Assembly (NCBI GenBank): GCA_000934665.2
Contig: KZ538488.1
Coordinates: forward strand, 46,575-66,574
Length of the DNA stretch: 20,000 nucleotides
Direction of reading: 5' to 3'
Source of the DNA: Catajapyx aquilonaris
Taxonomy: Eukaryota
In this document: piece after piece, positions 8,371 to 20,000 of the stretch
How positions within the stretch are numbered: the stretch's first letter is position 1
Layout of the letters: every line of letters begins with the position of its first letter
Notes under the pieces: model-generated
Told to the model about the DNA's origin: nothing
What the model saw: only the letters and a program-made list of their open reading frames with translations
Databases searched by the model: none
Position numbers and translations under genes: made by a program

Positions 8371-9980
8371 TATGCAGGGTGAGGCAGAAGTGTTGTGCGA
8401 GGCTTCATAGGCGTGGGGTTACGTTTTGTGTGTGTCAAACATATACAGTGGTTGTGTTGAATGTACAGATTATGATATAAGCATATACATTCCGCGAAAC
8501 TCTTTCGTAATAGACAAGTTTCTGCTATATCGGACCACTCGATTATAGGACTAATTACAGACGCATCAGTGGGTGATCCCTTTAGAAACGGAGTCACTCC
8601 CGCCACCTCTTCGCCCACGGGAGCGATTTTTCACGCCCGCGCTCCGCTCGGACCCCTCATTTGTCGAACCGCTCCCGGTTTGGCGACTATGTAACGCCTT
8701 CATGCAGTATTAATTCTGCAATTTACGCAGTGTTTTCCTTGCTCTGAGACCTAAAATGCTGCCCGTATCCGCATTAGATAAGAACACTGCTGCGAGTAGT
8801 TTCTGCTACATACAGAGATAACGCATTAGAATTGAAATTGATCGTAAATGGAAAACGAAATATTGAACCGGCATCCATCGTTATAAGCGCAGAATTCCAC
8901 CCCAAGCGGAACGGAATATAGCAATATTTTCCCGCCACCGAACGATTGCGTCACGGACCGGCGTTATTAAGCCCACTTTGGTATTACCATATCGTGGGCA
9001 GGTACAGGGACTGAGGCAGCTCTCCGGGAAACTGCGTGACGTCATGTGTTAGATTACCACCTTGCTAATTTCCCTGCACCTTGTCGGCCTGCTATCGGCG
9101 ACCGATGGCGTCACGGTATCCAGGCCGCTGAGGGCGATGCCCCACCTTGTTTGGAGCGGGTCTGACCCAGCCGCCGATTGTTGTCGCATTTCTGATGATA
9201 ACATTCCATTGATTTGCTTTAAATTCTGGGATGGAGACTGCGACAGTGCTGCTTTAATACTTGAGTCTTGGACGTATGCAATCATGATGTTACTATATAC
9301 TATGTTTTATCGGGGAAAGAATGCCATAAAGCTTATCTGTAACCTCGATCTGATCTCAGAATTCCACGCGGGTTTGTTTCTGTTGTCTGGAGATACTTAG
9401 ATATGAGTGGGATGATTATGCACATGAGTGCCTCGCAGCTTGACAAATGATCTACAGGTTAGATGTAACGTGACCGAAGTACGATTATAGTCAGACACTG
9501 CTGGTAGTACTGCATGTTTGTACAGTGGAAGCTGGGTGTTGATTGTATTTTTGACACACCGTACTTAGCACCTGGTCACACTGTACGTTCTGAAGCGAAA
9601 GTAGCATTTTCAAATAGCGTCGGTTGGTGACCAGTTACGCTCATTGTACAGTGTGCGTCATCTGTAGTAGTGAGACGTGTTAAAAAAATGTGCCCATAGC
9701 AACAGCAGACATGGAGTGCGGTGACTTCCATCGAGGTCGATGTGTGAGATGTTTCTTGGAGTTACTAATATGGTTCCCACCCCCTGTTCTCCTCTACCCC
9801 GACTCCCATGGGCGCCAGCTCCCAGCTCCAGACAATAGTTGTCACAACCCAATTTTTGCGGACCCCTCTGAGTGAGATCCGAGCCTGTGATCGGATCCGG
9901 CAGGTACATCTGACATGGCGACAAAAGGAAGTATTGGTGAGCCGGTAGTATTTACCAAGTCCTTTTGTCCCGTCAGTAGA

Positions 9981-10017
9981 GGGGGGGGGGGGAGAGAGAG
10001 AGAGAGAGAGAGAGAGA
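9981..10017. repeat. Poly-G plus (GA)n microsatellite
   Basis: Read directly from the sequence. Confidence 0.97.
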
Positions 10018-10061
10018 ATAATGGGAGGAATACTCTTTCAGGACTGATATCCGGAATCGTG

Positions 10062-10087
10062 TATTATTATTGTTGTTATTATTATTA

Positions 10088-10146
<59 letters not shown>
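10062..10146. repeat. (TAT)n microsatellite with TGT interruptions
   Basis: Read directly from the sequence. Explains the poly-Tyr ORF 9915..10187. Confidence 0.98.
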
Positions 10147-10147
<1 letters not shown>

Positions 10148-11936
10148 TATTAGCAGTTTCTTTTTGTTTACATTTAACATTATGTAACTGGCAAGTGTGC
10201 AGTGATTCATGATTTTTGCATGCCAGCCATTTGGTGATATTTTTAGCTGCTGATTCAGTTTTTAAAAAGCCCCCCCAAGCAGAATATCGAAAGCAGGTGC
10301 ATCTTGAGGAAACAGCTAGTTTGCATATGGCGAAAGCCTTGACTTTTATTTGATCACTGCGGGCTTCAGTGTTTCTTGCATAGATCTGCGTCAGTAATAC
10401 AATCTGGGACTATGATGGCAGGGTAAAAAAGGATATCCTGCTATAAATGTCAAAAAAACTGAAGGAGAGGGATAACCTTATTTGACAATACGATATTAAT
10501 TCGTTGGTTGAAGCATTGGGAAGTATTTTTAGAGTTGCAGACCCAGGACGGATGATATCAATGCCTGTAAAGATATGACGGCGTATATTTAATTGTCGGT
10601 TTGTTGTTATTAATTGTGTGGTGCACAATGAACAACACTGAAATATGGCCTGTTAATATTTTACAGGCGTTGATACAGTTCTGCCATATAGTAACTCGTG
10701 AAGGTATTCATTCAGCTTCTTTTGATTTCTGGGGCACCCTGTACAGGGACGATGTAAGTGTGGCGTGCGGTTTTTATGACTCTGGTTGAAATCATAACAG
10801 GAAAAAGAAGCCTGGTTTATGTCTGTAACAATCTTGTTAGCGACTTTAATCCGAGTGCTGTCTGAGGAAGCTTTGTAAAATACAATATGACGAGGTATGT
10901 TGGTCAAGGTCACAATGCCTTTATATCTGTATTTTTTGTGACCACAAACTGTGATTTCGGTTATATGATCAGAATTCCGAGATATAAATAATCCATATAG
11001 GGATGTCGAAAATGTGGCGACATTCGGTGAGGTTTTAAGGGATCTTGACATCCTCAGAGGGATTGAAATCTGCCCAATTGCGCAGGTTGCATGGTGCATG
11101 TTACTAGCTCATATTTTTTCCGTCGGAACGAATGTCTTTAACAAAACACCATAATTCGTAAACAATAATGCCTACTCATGTGAAAAGCTTTTGTTTAGTA
11201 ATTAAAAGCGTTGCATTGTTTTTGTTTGATTCTTGAACTGGTCTTCGAGTGATTCGTTCATCAGATGTAGCTGGAAATATAATGGACGAAGTATGTAACT
11301 TGCATGACGCTATATACCAAGGATTATGTTGGTAGAAGGTAATGAAGTCAGCTGAAGCCATATATATCGGCAACATGAATAAGACTATGCCCTTAAAAAA
11401 TTGTGCACTTTAAAAGAATTTGATAGCGTGCTTTGAAAGAGGGATTCATAAAGTGTACGACTCGTTTATTAACCACGTATGGCAGTATTTGTTAAGTTAG
11501 TTTTCAACTTCGAATATATTTAAGCCACTAATGAATCTCGGGTATTTCGCGCAGAAGCACCTGTAGTCAATTCAGGATATTATGGAGCTGGGAATACAGT
11601 AAATATTTTCCTTCCGCATATTGTGCATCTTTTAGAATCCTGTATACAGTGCATATTGCAGAGATACTTGCAACTTGCATGACAAAGTCTGGCCTGGTAC
11701 GACATGTGAGGATTGTTGTTAGCTAGATCTTGCATCTATATAAAACTATAATCTGTTCTAAGATTATTCCGACGTTATCTCGTTCGAAAATGTCGTTGCA
11801 GAGCACTGTTGAAGATAACACTAATCGTGTAGCTATTTTGGGCAACGTGGATGTGAGAAGGAATGCATATTTTTTTGTACACGGTAGGAAATGTCTCAGG
11901 TTGCTTAGCATGTCCTATAGTTAGTGCATACCGTAT

Positions 11937-12686
11937 GGGTCATTCCATGTCAACTCAGCCAGCTTTTAAGGAGAATTGACTCTTGAGTTGTCAGATCATG
12001 ACGAAAAACGGCACATCGGTTTAGTTATGTCCAACAAGAATAACATTTGCGCGGTTTTGCGATTTATCCCCCCCCCCCTTCCGGAGATACGCCCACCCGA
12101 AAAAAACGACCATTTCGTAAAATATCGTTTCAGAAATCGGTCATATCTTGTGAACCAATTGAGCTACAGACGTCTTCGACCACTCCATTGGAAAGGATTC
12201 GAAAGACCAATCTGCTTACAGCATTAAAAATACGGATTTTGACTTTTTGTTAAATTTTGTTCCACTTTGAAAGTTTTGCAATTTAAAAAAAGAAGTTCAT
12301 ATAAACTTAAAAACCCGATTTTTAAATATGTTGTAGCTCAGACCTTCTCTTAAACATAGGAAAAGTATGTAAGTAGTCATTTTCCATTTAAGGAAGAAAA
12401 TTGCAATTGAAGGAACCCGTATGCGCCCAAATTAGACCGGGCTCCAAATCTCACATCGTTCATGTTGGAAGCAGAATTGGAAACAAGTTTAAACCAAGCC
12501 TTTTTAGACTAATTAAACCCCGCTGATTTTGAAAATTGACGTTATAGCTAAGGATATTTGGGCCTTGTGACCTAAAAACAAGATGCAATCGAACAACCGC
12601 ACTTGTGGGACGTACCTAAACCGATGTGCCGTTTTTCGTCATGATCTGACAACCCAAGGGCTCGGTGAACTGACATGGAATGACCC
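11937..12686. mobile_element. 750-bp MITE with bipartite TIRs (Sola-like)
   Basis: GGGTCATTCCATGTCA / TGACATGGAATGACCC termini, a perfect 38-bp subterminal inverted repeat (11987-12024 / 12616-12653), and flanks GTAT and ATAT as a near-perfect 4-bp TSD. Confidence 0.9.
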
Positions 12687-12687
12687 A

Positions 12688-12760
<73 letters not shown>
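12688..12760. repeat. (TAT)n microsatellite abutting the MITE right end
   Basis: Read directly from the sequence. Confidence 0.98.
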
Positions 12761-13509
12761 GTCTGTTTATAGTAGGGCGTTTCAATAAGTAGGACAAGTG
12801 ATTATTTTTTTTTGCTTCCCATATTGCATCTATCAGAAAATTGAAATACACTGAGATATGAATGCCCTGCTGATTTTGTGTCTGCACACTCTGCAGGAGA
12901 AGCAAAACAATGATGACCCTGGTTGTAGTTGTGTTCACTTAAAAGTGAGTAGTGAGCGTTGTTTTTACTCCGGGAAATAGGTCGGAAACCTGCTGAGATT
13001 CATCAGGAGACAGGCGAACCTTAAACCGAACTATTTCAACTTTTTTTATAAACTGGTAGGAAGAAAGTTAAACATTGGACGTCGAACTCTAATCCGCATG
13101 TGCACGGGTGCCTCCATCATACGCTAAAAAAATCTTCGGCACTTTCCTGGAAAATCATTGGAAAGGTTTCCGAGATTATATATTACTCGGGAAACTCTAC
13201 TGAAACTAGACTCATCTTACTCATTCCGGCTAGGTCCGCGGTTAGGTTTCCCCAAGTCGGGAACTTTCCAATCCTGTGGAAATGTGACTGCCTAAGGTAT
13301 ATTTTAGTGTTTTAATGGGATAAATTATGAGAGTAATAGAGAGGTGCACCTAGACTGTGCAAATAAGTAAGTGATAATGATAATTGTTGAAAATAAATTT
13401 CTAGAGATATAAATAGCCAAAATTAGTAGCTCTGAGAAGGATGCATTCTCCAGTTAGTCTTCTTCTATGCATTTTTAATATTAAAAAGTCGAATGCTGCA
13501 GTGCAGTAT

Positions 13510-13653
13510 GAGGGGGGGGGGTATTCTTTACAGTAAAAAGCTGCCCATGCACCTATATGATGTGCCATCACTTATAGGGTATGTAGAGAAGGCTACTGAC
13601 CAATGACCTCCTCCGAATAAAAGGCAGATGTTACGAATTCCCCCCCCCCCCTC
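13510..13653. mobile_element. Possible small MITE with G-run/C-run termini
   Basis: GA(G)10TATTC..TACA versus TGTT..GAATT(C)12TC, with an inner hairpin CCTATA-TGATG/CATCA-TATAGG. Confidence 0.4.
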
Positions 13654-14066
13654 CTAAGTGGCAAGGTGAACACATGTTGGGGTGTGCTCGTAAATATTTT
13701 ATTATACGCTTAAGTCATATAACAATATTATCACGAATAATTTCCTGAATATTATTTGGAACATGAAGTAGAAGTCCATCCTTCGACTTAATAAGAGAGT
13801 GGAAAAAGAAGCTTGAGTTATTAGCAGGCAGCTAACAAATGGAGACTGATGGGGCTAATATAAGCTAACATTATGCAGGCTATGGTTCGGCTGATAGTGA
13901 CTGTGAACTCTGATTCATGATTGAAACCATTATGTAGAGTCCCCGGCCACAAGTTTTTGTCTGCGAGAAGCACGATAGAAGAGTCTGGGGGTCCGTTTCC
14001 GCTGATATAGTGGCGGAAGTTTCATTGACCAATTGTTGGCGTGAATTAGGGAAAAGTGATACTTTG

Positions 14067-14068
<2 letters not shown>

Positions 14069-14117
<49 letters not shown>
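14069..14117. repeat. (GA)n microsatellite
   Basis: Read directly from the sequence. Confidence 0.98.
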
Positions 14118-14122
<5 letters not shown>

Positions 14123-17100
14123 TGGGTACACTTATTTCGGAAGTGTTATTTATCACGTGCTATTGTGATTTTTTTGTCTTAGCCTTGTTTTATTACGAGT
14201 TGTACCGGCCAAGTAAGTGTGAACACAAGAGAAAATCTCCAATTTTGTGTAATATTCCTAATCATGATGGCATCGTTTTCCTCAATTTGGCCCAAAACAT
14301 ATGACAAATTTCAATGTGTTCTCTATATAGCCTACGCATTGTTGTAACTTCACAAGCACATGTGCTTATTGAGCATCCCTGCAAATGAGGACTTGAAATA
14401 CCTCACCTGCACTTAGCATATTGTGTTGCACGCTGTGACAAGAGATTGCTCATTTACTTGACCTCGAATTAGAACGTTTGACCCCGGTCGGACAATCTCA
14501 TGACCCGAGTGACATTACAACCTTAGAATACAAAGTGCCAGCAGTTCAGTTTCGACAAAGGATGTTGATGTGCTTCTCCGATGGGTAACTTTCATAGTGA
14601 ATCACTATAGGTCAGTTCCGCGTAAGAAAAATGGCCAAAATTAATCGGGTAGTCACATCAGCCTGTGGACTACTATTGCCAAACATATTATTTTCCCTTC
14701 AGATGTGTATAGGTATATTCGTTATGAAGAATCGTTATAATATTTTTGTATGTCACTGTCTTTGCTACATTGTGTCCCATCAGCAGTGAATCTGAGCATT
14801 ATGGTAAGCTTATAAAACTTATTATTTTGTCAATTCTCCTTTAGTGCTTTTCGCGAGGCAGTCGTGCATTTATGTAAAGCCATTATTTAAATGTCATTTA
14901 TTTGGTAATGCCAGATCCCTGTTTCGCAATTGAAGAGGCTTGAGCGGCGTGGTAAATAAACTGCGTGCGTCTGTTATGCAAAGTAGCCATAGGCGGACAG
15001 TGGTGCCGTATAATTCGACTCAGGGGGGGTTTCGAGCTTTATGTGGAACAATAACCTTATAAGGACTTTTGTTGTCTGTCTTTCACTTTCCCAGAGAGAA
15101 CGGTTGACTATAGCATCAGCAAGAAAATATGATTGATAATATGGACTGGTTTTCTTGACAGAAGATGTGACAATTATTTTTTCCGCCTAATGGTGAGATT
15201 GTGCGCACTACCTGGAAAAATATCAAGGTGGAGTGTCTATATTTGGAATTGTGTTTGTGCCCTGGCGCTAAAATTACGGGAAAGGTGTAAACTGCCGAAA
15301 TGAGGTGGACTCAGAAATCGAACGTAACTTTTGCGACGTTATTTTTCGAAAGGCTGTAATTTCATGCTGAGACGTAAAAGATAATCAATGTGACCTGTTG
15401 CGTCTCCGGAGCGGATAATGTATTATCCGCATAATTAGGAATTGGAAATCTATAGATTTCCTATTCCTAATTATGTGGATTGAATAACTTGCGTCACGAG
15501 CAGTGGTCGCGGCCCAGGCACCCGCTTCGTTTCGAAATCATGACTAGTTCTATAAGTATATAACCCAACTGTAGTTGTAGTTACGGTACATTGTGTTGCA
15601 GGTGTACGAACAACTTGCCTTTCCGACGGATTTAAGACAATGCAATTTTTATTTCTATAGTATGCATTCAAGTATTTATTTATTTTATAAATAATTCCAA
15701 GAATACCACAGACTCCCAATACATAGATTCCATTCGGTATTCAGCATCTTACCACTCGAATGCCAGATACCCAGGGATTCTGCATCTAATTAGAAGGTAA
15801 TCCCTGGGGTACAGTATACGAACGTCCAATATTACACTTAATTCAGGTCGTGTATTACGAAATTAAAGGGCAAGTGGCCATCAACCACCGTACAGGCTCG
15901 TCAAAATTCGCGACGGCATATCTGAAAGTAAAATGTCGGACTAGACACTCGACATTCGCAGAGTCCTTTGTGATGTGCCCTGATAGTGAGAAGGACAGCA
16001 CCCTCTTTCAAGGTTTCGATGTCTCTACCGGACCTGCCCAGTTAGGACTGGTGCTGAACGATCTCGGATGGACATGCTTACATTAGCTAGTTCCCACATT
16101 AGGGGATCAGACAACCTCCAGCCACAGGTCGTTCCAGGGCTAGAAATAATCTCTGATGGAGTCTGCATTGAGATTAGTTGGAATATATAGTGAATAGTTT
16201 TCGCTGCATTTTGATGATTGTGAATGCGGATCAGTTAGATGAATAATAGTGTGCGTTTTATTGGTCTATTTTTCGGAGTGCACTCAGAATATACGTCGGA
16301 TATGTGCGGCTGGTTGGAATTGGAAAGTGAAAATTTGGGCCTACATCACATTATCAAAATTTAGTTACGTGCGATGGAAACCTTAGCTATTTTTGGATCG
16401 ATGGCAGTAAGCTCTCTAGTATTATTGTTGTCATCGACTTGCATTAGTACCGGTACGTGTACGTTTCATATATGAACTGACGGCTGTGGTTTATAGGATA
16501 TTCTGACTGCATTTGCCTGGCATGTCGAAAGGAAACGAGAGAGCACGAATTTGCCATTGTTGGCTATTGCTCGTAAGTGAATTAGTAACGACAAAGTTAG
16601 ACAAATACTGCAGTTTGAATTGCGCTGTTCTACTGAACTGTACGGATACGTGAGTTTCCTTGCCGTTGGTTCGCGTCTTCTTCTCTCCAGATGGGCCGAG
16701 TTCGTTCCAGCGATGTTGTTTTTGTTGCGAAATGGATTTTTTTCCCCGGTTATAGTCCTATGACTGAAACTTATCATTTCGTTAGTTTTCCGGTTTCATT
16801 TGGGACGGGAGTGTCCCAGATGTAAAGTCAGGCTGAGTGCGCGACTTTGCCCTCTGAGGGGGCTGAAAAGTCAATTCCGCGTCACCTGATATCTAGAGAA
16901 AATTTGCTCATTTCATTCCAAAGGCTTATAGATTGGAACCTAGAATCGTCGAAAATCCAGGTCACACAAAATGACTTTGCGTCAAACTTATCCGCAACTG
17001 TGTCTTCTATCCTACAGCAAATGTTGTGCGCAGCGATTATTTATTGCTGCCGGTGGCCATGAGTAACTTGTATTGCTCTGGAGAGAAAATATAGGCTATC

Positions 17101-17404
17101 TAGAGTATTTAGTTCTACTGTATTGAAATACCGAAGCTGTTTTCATTCCAGATGACCTTTGTGGTAATTTTAATTAATATGAGAAATTTGGATGCCACGG
17201 ACAATATAAATAAGAAAAGTTTAATGTGCTATATGCTGGATTGTGAGTATGTGATGTAATAAATGATAATTTTGCTTCAAATGGTTTTATGCCTCCATCA
17301 CGGGAACTGTTTACAGCATAATTTTAATATGATAATCATCCAGATTGGCTAAAAATATTCCTCTCTCCCTGGTTGTACATGTACTTTTCATATTTCCGGG
17401 GGGG

Positions 17405-17431
17405 NNNNNNNNNNNNNNNNNNNNNNNNNNN
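17405..17431. other. Assembly gap (27 N) inside a poly-G tract
   Basis: N run flanked by G runs. Confidence 0.99.
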
Positions 17432-18707
17432 GGGGGGGGGGGGGGGGGGTGTGAACGAGTGAGTGGGAAGAAGCTTGAAAATTGCGCAGGAAATGGGAAG
17501 GCGTAGAAAAATACAACCTTATACTGGGGATCCTTTAGATATAACTTAGTTTAAACTCTGGACTGTTGCAGAATTGATTCCATCAACAATAATATTCCCC
17601 CACCCCACCCCACCTATTCTGACCAGTTTCTCAGTAACCCTGCAGATAGCAAGTTTATTTTAGTTTACTTTTTTCACGTGATGAAAGAGGATGCTGCGTT
17701 AATCCCTTGACGTTATATTCTCTTGACGAAAGTCCCATATTAGGTTTGGTTACCAGTTAGCTCTTTTGTACGAAATATGTATCATGTTCAAAAGAAAATC
17801 ACTGGATTTTTTTTACAAGTACAGGGCCTTATCACTGAGAGCACCAAAGAATTATTGGTATACATAGTTTCATTCCTCAGACCTATCTTTTCACATTGCC
17901 TCGGAATATAAACTAATCAATCAACGCAGCTGCTAGTGTAGCACATCCTCTTTTTACCCTTTCTGTATGATACTCAAGTAACTACCCATGTAATCGACAA
18001 GTGACATGTTGAATTAATGTTAGACTGAGAAAACATTTCCCGTCATTTTTTGGCGTCCATTTGAGAGAAGAATCGAAATGTGTACACACATTCTGCTGGT
18101 GCCAGATAATATTTAAAGCGACCTTCATATGCTCGAGAGGATCGGTTTATATCCTGGCCCTCAAAGTGGACTCTAAGCACACATGAATTTCTGTGTTAAT
18201 AGTCCAAAAATATCTCGTGAAATAAGTTACACCCAGAAATGATATATTTCCGGTTATGTAATAGTGTGCTTTTACACTAGACTGCCCAGTATTCAGTATA
18301 AAAGTCGAGATGAAACATTGTTAGAGGTGTCATGATGTGTGTGTCACTAGTGTACTTATAAATAATATGTCTCCAGCTGTGCGTCACTCTTACGTAACTG
18401 CTTGTATAGCTACTAGTAGAAGCAAAGCTGATAAAAATGCTGACGAATTTCGAAAAGTGCAGCCACCTTGTCAACTATAATGGGGCATTTACAGTGATTG
18501 CTCAGTAGAGGAGGTATTTAGCTAGTTCACTTTTGCAATGAATGTAAGCATCGGGTCTGGCCATTTACACCTTGAGGAGGGGAAGTGGCATTAGGCTAGG
18601 GGTCAGCATTTCCGGTCACCATACCTATTTTGCAATTTTTATATTTCAAGGCATAATTTGTAAAGGCACCATCCATGGCCTTAGAATACTTAGGTCTGGT
18701 CACTCCC

Positions 18708-19005
18708 TCTTATCGCCTGACGGGGCGTTTTGCGGGAGTTGCTCACTTGAGAGCGCCTGTCTCTGATACAAATACATGTGGCGACCCTACCGGACCGCGC
18801 TGAACTTCGGTATAGAAGAGAAATGTCGGTCAAAATTAAGAATCTCATACGAGTAATAATGCTCGTATGGGATTCTTAATTTTGACCGACACTTCTCTTC
18901 TGCCTAAGTTCAGCGCGGTCCGGTAGGGTCGCCACATGTATTTGTATCTGAGACGGGCGCTTTCAAGTGAGCACCTCCCGCAAAACGCCCCGTTCTGCGA
19001 TAAGA
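18708..19005. repeat. 298-bp near-perfect palindrome (fold-back)
   Basis: TCTTATCGC...CATACGAG, a short loop near 18857, then CTCGTATG...GCGATAAGA. Arms about 147 bp. Confidence 0.95.
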
Positions 19006-19581
19006 ACTGATTATATGGGGAGTGTCCGGGGCTGGCACCATCCTTGCATTCAGGGCCTCAACAACAGTATGCCGGAGTCTCCAAGGGAACTTCAGGCTTT
19101 GTACATGGAGTTACTGAATGAAACTTGGCACAATAATAGACGCAGGTACGTACGTCATTCACCCAAATTAAATCAATTTCGGATGGGCGATACAAGGTCA
19201 AAGGTTATATGACCTCTCGCAGTTAGTCCAGGCAGCTTTATACCTGTCTGTGGCGAAGTTTCAGAGATCACCCTGTTAAAAAAGCGGACATTTTATTACG
19301 TTATTGGAAAGGGCTAATTACGATGATTACAACGAGCCATATAAGAACTGCTAGATAGCAGCCATTTTTAAAAATAGAAAATCGCGTCCTAAATTTTTCG
19401 GGGGGGGGGGGGGGGGATTTTTTGTTTTTTTTTTTCGAAGTAGCCTACGTGCTCGATTGGCCTCAGCTTATACTGTACTGTTGGAAATTTTAGAAAATTA
19501 TATCCAGTGTCAGATATCGAGTTCCCTAATTTGTCGTAAGCAGGAAGTGTAAAGCACTTGCAGATGAACAGAAGCATCATA

Positions 19582-20000
19582 CAGGTAGTCCCCGGTCTAC
19601 GAACGGGGTTACGTTCCTGAAAATGTCCATAAGTCGGATTTGTACGTAACCCGGATCCCTAAGGAACAGCGCATACATACAGCCCTTACCGAAATTTTCT
19701 CTACCTCTCGGCGAGGTCGTCAGACGAGCTTATGGCCACCCAACCGCATACTAGCGGTTGTTTCATTTCGCTATGTCGCGGGCGAAGTCGCGGCGAGGTG
19801 GCGGTCGGCGAGGTGGTCGCAAGGTGGCGGTGGCGAGGTGGTCGCGAGGTACCCACCTCGCGACCACCTTGCCAGCCGAGGTAGTCGCGAGGTGTCCACC
19901 TCGCGACCACCTTGCCAGCCGAGGTAGTCGCGAGGTACCCACCTCGCGACCACCTTGCCAGCCGAGGTAGTCGCGAGGTACCCACCACGCGACCATCTCG
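19582..20000. mobile_element. Left end of a pogo/Tigger-like non-autonomous element, probably running off the window
   Basis: TA|CAGGTAGTCCCCGGTCTACGAAC is a Tigger-type terminus with subterminal TTACG/CGTAA motifs. The partner TIR is not in the window, so the right boundary is unknown. Confidence 0.6.
19834..20000. repeat. 43-bp GC-rich minisatellite with each unit a hairpin
   Basis: Unit CGAGGT(A/G)GTCGCGAGGTACCCACCTCGCGACCACCTTGCCAGC starts at 19834, 19877, 19920 and 19963. Confidence 0.95.

Noticed and set aside
10653..11099. 148-aa ORF, overlapping a lone Tc1-like terminus GGGGCACCCTG|TA near 10741
   Set aside because: No recognisable domain or splice support, and no partner TIR found.
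9915..14131. Poly-Tyr ORFs (9915..10187, 12583..12792) and SL-repeat ORF (13880..14131)
   Set aside because: They are translations of (TAT)n and (GA)n microsatellites.
15850..16190. Exon-like GC-richer stretch (78-aa ORF)
   Set aside because: None of the plus-strand frames I translated gave a recognisable protein, and no convincing splice pair was found.
19834..20000. CRISPR-like array and overlapping Arg-rich ORFs
   Set aside because: No unique spacers, eukaryotic context and no cas genes. The ORFs are by-products of a GC-rich repeat.

Overview
Eukaryotic (metazoan, probably marine invertebrate) genomic DNA with microsatellites and a 27-N gap. The one recognisable gene is a minus-strand BORCS8/MEF2BNB orthologue (BORC subunit 8). 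The ORF track largely misses it. Its coding exons are 3958-3913, 3853-3676 and 2437-2330, with a tentative last exon at 2083-2059 (about 118 aa). Its first coding intron is a 59-nt GC-AG intron with a TACTAAC branch point. A candidate promoter lies near 7790-7840, at a boundary between CpG-poor and CpG-rich sequence. The rest is non-coding and rich in non-autonomous DNA transposons (Sola-like and Tc1/mariner/pogo-like MITEs), with a 298-bp fold-back and a 43-bp array of tandem hairpins. The least explained signals are three GC-rich islands (about 3345-3630, 5165-5510 and 7960-8370) with nested helices and strand-biased G-U pairs, which are candidate structured RNAs or SINE-like elements. All pairings and counts were done by eye; no database search or folding program was run.
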